DNA of 64,000 bases from the human T2T-CHM13v2.0 reference genome, Homo sapiens: the NCBI RefSeq assembly GCF_009914755.1, contig NC_060935.1, one strand, 5' to 3'. The translations under genes and the position numbers were made by a program. This document shows positions 57,361 to 64,000 of the stretch, in pieces; position 1 is the first letter of the stretch, and every line of letters begins with the position of its first letter. The notes beneath the pieces were generated by a model. The model worked only from the letters and a program-made list of their open reading frames with translations, did not search any database and was not told the origin of the DNA.

Positions 57361-60300
57361 GCCGGGGCGCTCCCTGAAAGATCCCTCCAGGGGCCACATG
57401 CCTCCCCTCCCCTTCCCCTGTGGGAGAGGCAGGAGAATAGGGAAGCCATTGATTCCCTCCATCCCTCCCAGAGTAAGAGGCATTTCACAGACTGGGCGAC
57501 CCGGGGTTGGGGGTGGGGTGGGGTGGGGTGGGGAGCTGTGAGAGGCAGGAAGTGGGGTCAGCACCCGGATCCAAAGACCCCTTGGAGAAAAGGGGAAAAC
57601 TGTAGTCCCTTCCCCTAGCAAGGTTTGCGTGAAGCACATCTTTGGGCCATCCCAGCCTCCTTGGCAGCGAGCAGGCAGCGGCAGGCACTGTCAGTGGGGT
57701 GGAGGTGTTGCAATTACGGTGTGTAGGGGGCTGGGGGAGGACTGAGCAGACAGAAATGTGGAGTGTGCGGCTTGTGAGCTGGCCTGTGGGGGCAGTGGCA
57801 GCAGAGCTGCGTGGGGTGGGATGGGAGGTGTGGATCTGGGTGGTTTGCCCCAAGATCCTCACCTTCCTATCGCCAAGGAGAGGGAGGTCACCCATGACCT
57901 CCCTGGGATGGCATAGCAGGGGATGGTAGCCTCTGGGGACTGGCCTGCCAGGGCTGAGGGCACAGGGTGACATTCAGGACCCTGGCATGGTTCGGTCTTG
58001 GCAGGCAGACTTCTCAGCCCCCTACCTGCTCACCTGGCCAGTGAGAAATGAAGCGGTTTCTGTGCCCCAGTGCCATGGACAGCTCCAGTGACTCTGATGA
58101 GGCTGTTGGCTGTGCAAATTCCTTTGTGGGTAGCCCCAGGGTAAGGTGGCCCTGGAAAGGAATGTGGTTGGTAGGCCCAACCCTACCCAGCCTCCTGAGC
58201 TTGGCCCGCTGCTGTGGTCAGGAGCATAGAAGCCGGGCCAGGGCGAGGGAAGGCCTGGCCTAAACTGAGATGGGCCCTCCAGGCAAGGCCAGCATTACCT
58301 CAGTCCTCGGAAATGCATCGCTCTGCTTGGGGGAATGGCCACACGTGGCTGAGCCCCAGGTGGTGCCAAGGACAGGAGGACAGCAGCCATTCCTGCGCAG
58401 GAGCACACCAAGGCCCCAGGAGCCTGGGCTGTGGGGCAGGGTTCCAGGTTCTGCTCCCAGCCCGCTGCTGACCTCGATGTGGCCTGGGGCAGCTGTCTAC
58501 ATCCTTCCTCACCTTCCTCCCTCAAATGAGCATTTGTGACTCAGTGGCTCAGAGGTTCCTTCCCACTCAGATATTCTCCTGTTTTTTTTTATTTTTATTA
58601 TTTTTTTATTTTTTAGACAGGGTCTTGCTCTGTCACCCAGCCTGGAGTGCCGTGGTACAATCATAGCTCAGTGCACTCACTGCAGCCTCGAATTCCTGGG
58701 CTCAAGTGATCCTCCCATCTCAGCCTCCCAAGCAGCTGGGACTACAGGCATGCCCTGCCATGCCCAGCTAATTTCCTCCTGTGATGGCCCTGGGTAGCCA
58801 GGTGTCTCTGCAGTGAGGAGCAGTGCCAGGGCCCTTTCTTGGACCCTCCATTTCCTCCTCCCCTGGGAGTCATGGGGCAAAGTGAGATAATGACTGGAAG
58901 TTCCCAGTACCAGGTCTTCTGGCAGCTAGTTGGGCTCTCAGTGAGCAATGGCTGGTACTACTGCCCTTATCACCCTTATGTTTACATTATCATCAGCCTT
59001 ATTGTGGAGTTGCCTTCTCAGAGCCTGTTGGGGGCTCCCTGGAAAAGGCAGTGTGACTCTTGTCCTGGGCTGGCATCCTGGCCCCCAGTCTGCTCAAGAA
59101 TCAGAAGGTCAGACTGGGCCAGCCAGAGGGTCAGGGCAGGCAGGCAGGGTCCCTGACATCTCTCCTGTGGTGCCTCTGCAGCTTGGCTGAGCTGCAGGCT
59201 CCCATCTGCAGAGGGGCGGCCCAGCTCTCTGCAAGTTGGCTGGGAGACCTCAGAATGAGGAGCGCATGTTCTCCAAACATCTTGCTCACAGCAGATGGCA
59301 GCCACAACTGCCTTTCTCTCTGCAGTTCCGGTGCACTTCCCTTTCCTTTGCTCACCCCCCTGCTAACTTTGGTTTCTGCTTTTGGAGATGGGGAGGCAGC
59401 CTGCAAGCCTCCAGAGCCACTTCTGATAGTGGGTGAAGCTTGGTGCACGTAGCACGGACAGTTTCCAAAGGAAAGGAAACCTCGTACCCCACCTGCTTCC
59501 CTGGGGAAGCTCACTCTTACCCTGCTTCCCACATGCCATCTCTGAGTCTCTTTGGCCAAATGTGCCGGCAGCATGATCTGAGAGGAGCAAGGGAGCTGGC
59601 CCGGGGGCCTTGTCTGACATTTCTTGAGCAGCTGCTAGGCACCAGGCGTGGTGCTGGGTGCCAAGGACACAGAGATGCAGAGTGTAGCCCTGCCCTCCTG
59701 GAGCTCCCATCCCAGTGGGGAGCCCGGAATGGAGGGGGCACTGATTAGGTCTGCCCTTGGGGGTTGGCGGGCCCTGGCAGCTTCACAGAGGAGGTTGTGT
59801 TTAGGCTGAGCTTTGGAACACTGAGGAGTTCCCAGGGGAGCAGGATTGGAAAAGGCCTTTTGGGCAAAGAGAACAGACTGTGCAAGGGCACAGAGGCATG
59901 CAGACCGCCTGCAGAGCACGCTCAACTGTGGTGCACAGCAGAGCAGAGAAAGCAGGACATGCTATGCACCCTCAGAAAGACAGGGCCTCCTCTGGCTGCG
60001 TATGGGTGGGGGCCAGCCTGAAGCTGAAGCCCTGGATGGGAGCCATTGGGGGAACAGGCCTTTCTCAGTTGGGGGGAATTCTGCCCTGAGTTTGGGGCCA
60101 GTAGACGCAGCAGCCCCTGCTGGTAGAATAGAACTGGACCATCCTTCCCTCCTGGCTGGCCCTGCAGCCACAGGCCAGAAGTCTGGTGTTGGCCTTACTG
60201 CCCTGGAGCTAAGGCCAGGGGGTCACAGATCAGCCAGGTGAGCATGCCCTGGGAGAGTGTGTGGGCCAGACCTCCATGGCACTGCCTCTCCTACTGCGAC

Positions 60301-63300
60301 CTGCCCTGGCTCCACCCCACACCCACAGGTGGCACTAAGCTGAGCACCCACATATCCAGACCCTCTTCTGTGCCAAATCCTTTCTCAGTGGTCCCACATG
60401 GGCCTCATCCCATTTAACCTTCACAAAGGCCATGTGCGGTGGGCATCCCTGGCCCTGAGGTCCTTTGACTTGCTCCAAGTCACCCAGCCAAGGCGTGGCC
60501 CAGCAGAGACTCCAGGCCTAGGTCCGCCTCACCCTTTGCAGACTCATGCCTTGCCTGTTCTTCCCTGCGCTGCTTCTGTCACCTCACAGTCAGGCCCCTC
60601 CGGGGAGTACAGTGGAGGGAAGGCCAAAGCATTCATCCTGGAAGACCCTCCAAATACTGTAGGCAGAGTGCTGGGGACACCAATGGCAGCTGTGGGCAGG
60701 GCCACCCGAATGCCACCCCATAGGGCAGCGGGCCCACAGCATGGAGGCCCTCCGTGTTTGCTTTTCCCAGCCCTGCATTAGCTGTGCTGCTCACACCTGG
60801 CTGACTGTTTGCCCAAGGATTTCTCCCCTGGAAGGAGGGTGGGGCTGGGGAGGGTGGCAGGCAGGTGGCCGGCTGCCTCTGGGCACTCCGTTTTTCTGCA
60901 GACCCACACTGCCTGCGAATGCCACACCACCCTGCATCCCCAAGGCTGCCCCAGCAGTGCCCGGCCTCGCCCGCGCAGAGCATGTGACTTGGCAGTGCCT
61001 GGGCCTGGCATGCCTGGCGTGCCAGGGCAGCGGCAGCAGCAGCCGGACTGTCAGTAAGGAGCTGGAGAGGCCCCCAGAGCCCTCCTGTTGGGGCACTGGT
61101 CCTGGGTTGTGGGGGTGACGGGATGCATCAGTGAGACTTTTGTATGGCAGGAGGCAGAGGAGCACATAACTGAATCTGGGAGTATTTATGGACACGTCTG
61201 CGCCTTCCTTTTCTGCAGCAGCCTGTCTGCAGGCCCTCCTGCAAGGAGAGCCTGTCTTGATTCAACCAGTCCCTGCCCTGACCTTCTCTTCACCCTCTTT
61301 CTGATGAGTCAGCCCCAGGAACTTGAACTTGGACTTCTCCAGCCTCTGGGCCAGCCCTGGAGGCGGAAGCCCTGGACCTGCCTCCCCAACACCTGCCCTC
61401 CTGAGGGTGTGGCCTGCAAGCGTCCTTTTCTGTCAGATTCAGCTCATGGCCAGTGACTCCTTGAGCCTGTGATCGTGGTCCTCAGGCCAAGGGGAACAGA
61501 TTAGATAATTAGCTGCTGATGGATCTGGCATCCTAGGGAAGAGGGAGCCCTTTCTCTCCCACAGCTGGGACCCCAAAGAGAGGCTTGCATTAGCCAGGCA
61601 AGGAGCCGGGTGCCTCCCTCCCTGCAGTCCTGCACAGCCCCTTCCTTCTCTTGCTGCTGTGGGTATCTGCCTAAGGAGAGCTGGCCCAGCATACCCACCT
61701 GGGACACACCCAGAGAGTGCCAGCCTGAACGGCACTGCCAATAGCCCGATCCTCAGGCCTTTCACCCTGCACCTCCCTGCTCCTCCAGCAACGAGACCCC
61801 CTGCATGTCACTCACATGTGGCCCCGGGCCAGGCACTTGGCCACCTCACAGTGAGCGATGCTGGGAGGCTGGTGTTCTTGCAATCCCACTGACAGGTGAG
61901 GAAATCTGATTTGTGTCATGCTTTCTCCAGCATCGCTCAGATGTTGTTCATCCCCTTTTTCCCGGAACCGGGGCCCAAAGAGGTTGTGACTTGCCCACAC
62001 CTCTTGAATGGCCAGGCCCCATGTCCAGCCTGGATTCTCTGACACCAAGCCCCATGTGTTTTCCACTGTGCCCTGCAGTAAACAGAAGTGCTAATAAAGA
62101 AGCGTGCTAATACATAATTAATCCCACCTCCATCCCTTGGGCCTTTTCTCTCTCAGACGCCCTGAGCACCGCCCAGACGTGATCTCATGTGTCCTACCAA
62201 GGCCCCAGAAGAGCAGAGAGGAGGCTGGGCTCTGAGGGGCCATGGGGACTAGGAGCCAGCCTCTCCGCTGCCAGGCCCAGCCCTACTGCATGCCTGCTGC
62301 CCGCCTCTCCCTCTGCTCTAGGTAGGGAAGCTGCCGAGGCTCGGGCATGTCTCAGGCACCTGCTGTCTTCCTCTGGTCTCGTGGATTGTACGAACCTGGA
62401 GGAGGAAAGCAGCCGGGATTCGATGAGCCCCCATGTGGTGGGGATGTGTGCGCGCAGGGGCCCAAGGCTCTGCTTAAAGGGAAGGAGTATTGCTGAGGCT
62501 TGTTCTAGTGCCTTCCTCTAAGGAACCCTCAGTATATCTTGTTTGTTCTCACATTCGAGGGAAGTTGGCAAAGGGCAGTTCTGTGTCACAGGGAAGGGGG
62601 TGGATGAGGACCCCGAAAACCTGCCCTTTACCGAGTCTCACCCCCGAGCCTGCTGAGGTCACACAGCGGCAGTCAGTGGGGGGTTAGGTTTTCTTGTTTT
62701 GTTTTTAGAGACAGGGTTTTGCTCTGTCACCCAGGCTTCAATGTAGTTTTGCAATCACAGCTCACAGCAGCCTGGAACTCCCCAGCTCAAGTGATCCTCC
62801 TGCTTCAGCCTCCTGAGTAGCTAGGACTACAGGCATGTGCCACCATGCCCAGATAAATTTTTTTTTTTTTAATAAAGACAGGTTCCCCGTATGTTGCCCA
62901 AACTATTCTCAAACTTCTGGCCTCAAGTAATTCTCCTGCGTCAGCAGCCTGAGTAGCTGGGACTATAAGCATGCACCACCACATCTGGCTAAATTAAAAA
63001 AAATTTTTTTTGTAAAAATGGGTTCTTACTAGTTTCGAACTCCTGGCCTCAGTGATCCTCCAGCCTCGGCCTCCCAAAGCATTGGGATTACAGGTGTGAG
63101 CCCCCACAGCTAGCCCATGTTAGGTTCTCTCTCTCTTTCTCTCTCTCTCTGTCTTTAACTCTGATAATTACAAGCTGAACATGTTAGGTTTCGAACTTAG
63201 TTCTGACAGATTTCAAAAGTGGGGATCATCAAAGCACTGGGCCATGGTGTGCAAATTCCTGGCCTCTCTACCTCCAGGACAATGTTGGGGCCCAGAAGAA

Positions 63301-64000
63301 AGTGGGTGAGAAAGATGATAGCACCTTAAGGCTCCGAGTCTTCTGTGGGATTATATTCCTGAGCCAGAGGCTGCAGACCCTTATAAACTGAGCATTGGGG
63401 GATGGGGGTAAAAGTGGATCCTAGGGAAATTAGAGATCATCTGGTCAACCCCCTCATCCTCCAGATGAAGACACTGAGTCTCTTAGAAGAGAAGTCATTT
63501 CCCCAGGTCCTTCCCCTTCTCACTTATAGCCAGGCCATGGCTGAGGTGCCCTCCGGGCCCCCGGTTGGGAGAGGGCTTCAGTCTCCTGGCTGCATCCTGA
63601 GAACGTAGCTTTCTGTGCTCTTTCCTGGAGGTGCGCCCTCCCTCCCACAGGATGCTGTACAGAGGTGGACGCAAGTCACACGGCCCCAGATGCATAGGGA
63701 GGTAGAGGGAAGCCAGGCTTGTCAATGCTAGGGAGCCCTCCAGTAGCAGGACCACTCACTGCATTACCACAGGCAAATCACCCACAGCCCCTTCCTGCCA
63801 CAGTTGCCTCATCAGTAAAATGAAGATGCCACATTTCCTCCCTGCCTCGCCCACAGCGTGGTCGTTGGTAGCCAGTGAAGTTGCATATGTGGGCAGTTCA
63901 GGATAGGGCTTTGGATCCCAGGCATGGCCAGCAGATGGTGTGGAAAGAGGCCAGGGCTGGGAGTCAGGAGCCCTGGGTTCTGGGTGCAGCTCTGCTGTGG

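Overview
This is primate (human-like) genomic DNA with no credible protein-coding exon. Positions ~1-39,600 are an intergenic block packed with about 40 Alus, old L1/L2/MIR/MER5/MaLR fragments and six ERV LTRs: MER41B with intact tandem GAS sites, MER39, an antisense LTR5_Hs (HERV-K HML-2) solo LTR with a 6-bp TSD, MER41A, MER21 and MER41C/D. A CpG island at ~41.0-41.7 kb holds a + strand first exon ending at a strong donor (GAG|GTAAGG, 41422/41423). From memory I recognise this as DAGLA exon 1 (11q12); the rest of the window would be intron 1. The most unusual structure is a nested repeat around this promoter: a 149-bp inverted repeat (95% identical arms, 40740-40888 and 41935-42083) brackets the promoter and exon 1, and an ~89-bp direct repeat (94%, 40355-40443 and 42624-42711) encloses that in turn. 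Neither repeat looks like a known transposon. Other notable points are a 4-bp deletion removing the LTR5_Hs AATAAA, a perfect palindromic MARE, a D-box at the TATA position and a strong-Kozak upstream ATG in exon 1. Repeat subfamily and gene names come from recall of consensus sequences, not from database searches, and many repeat boundaries are approximate.
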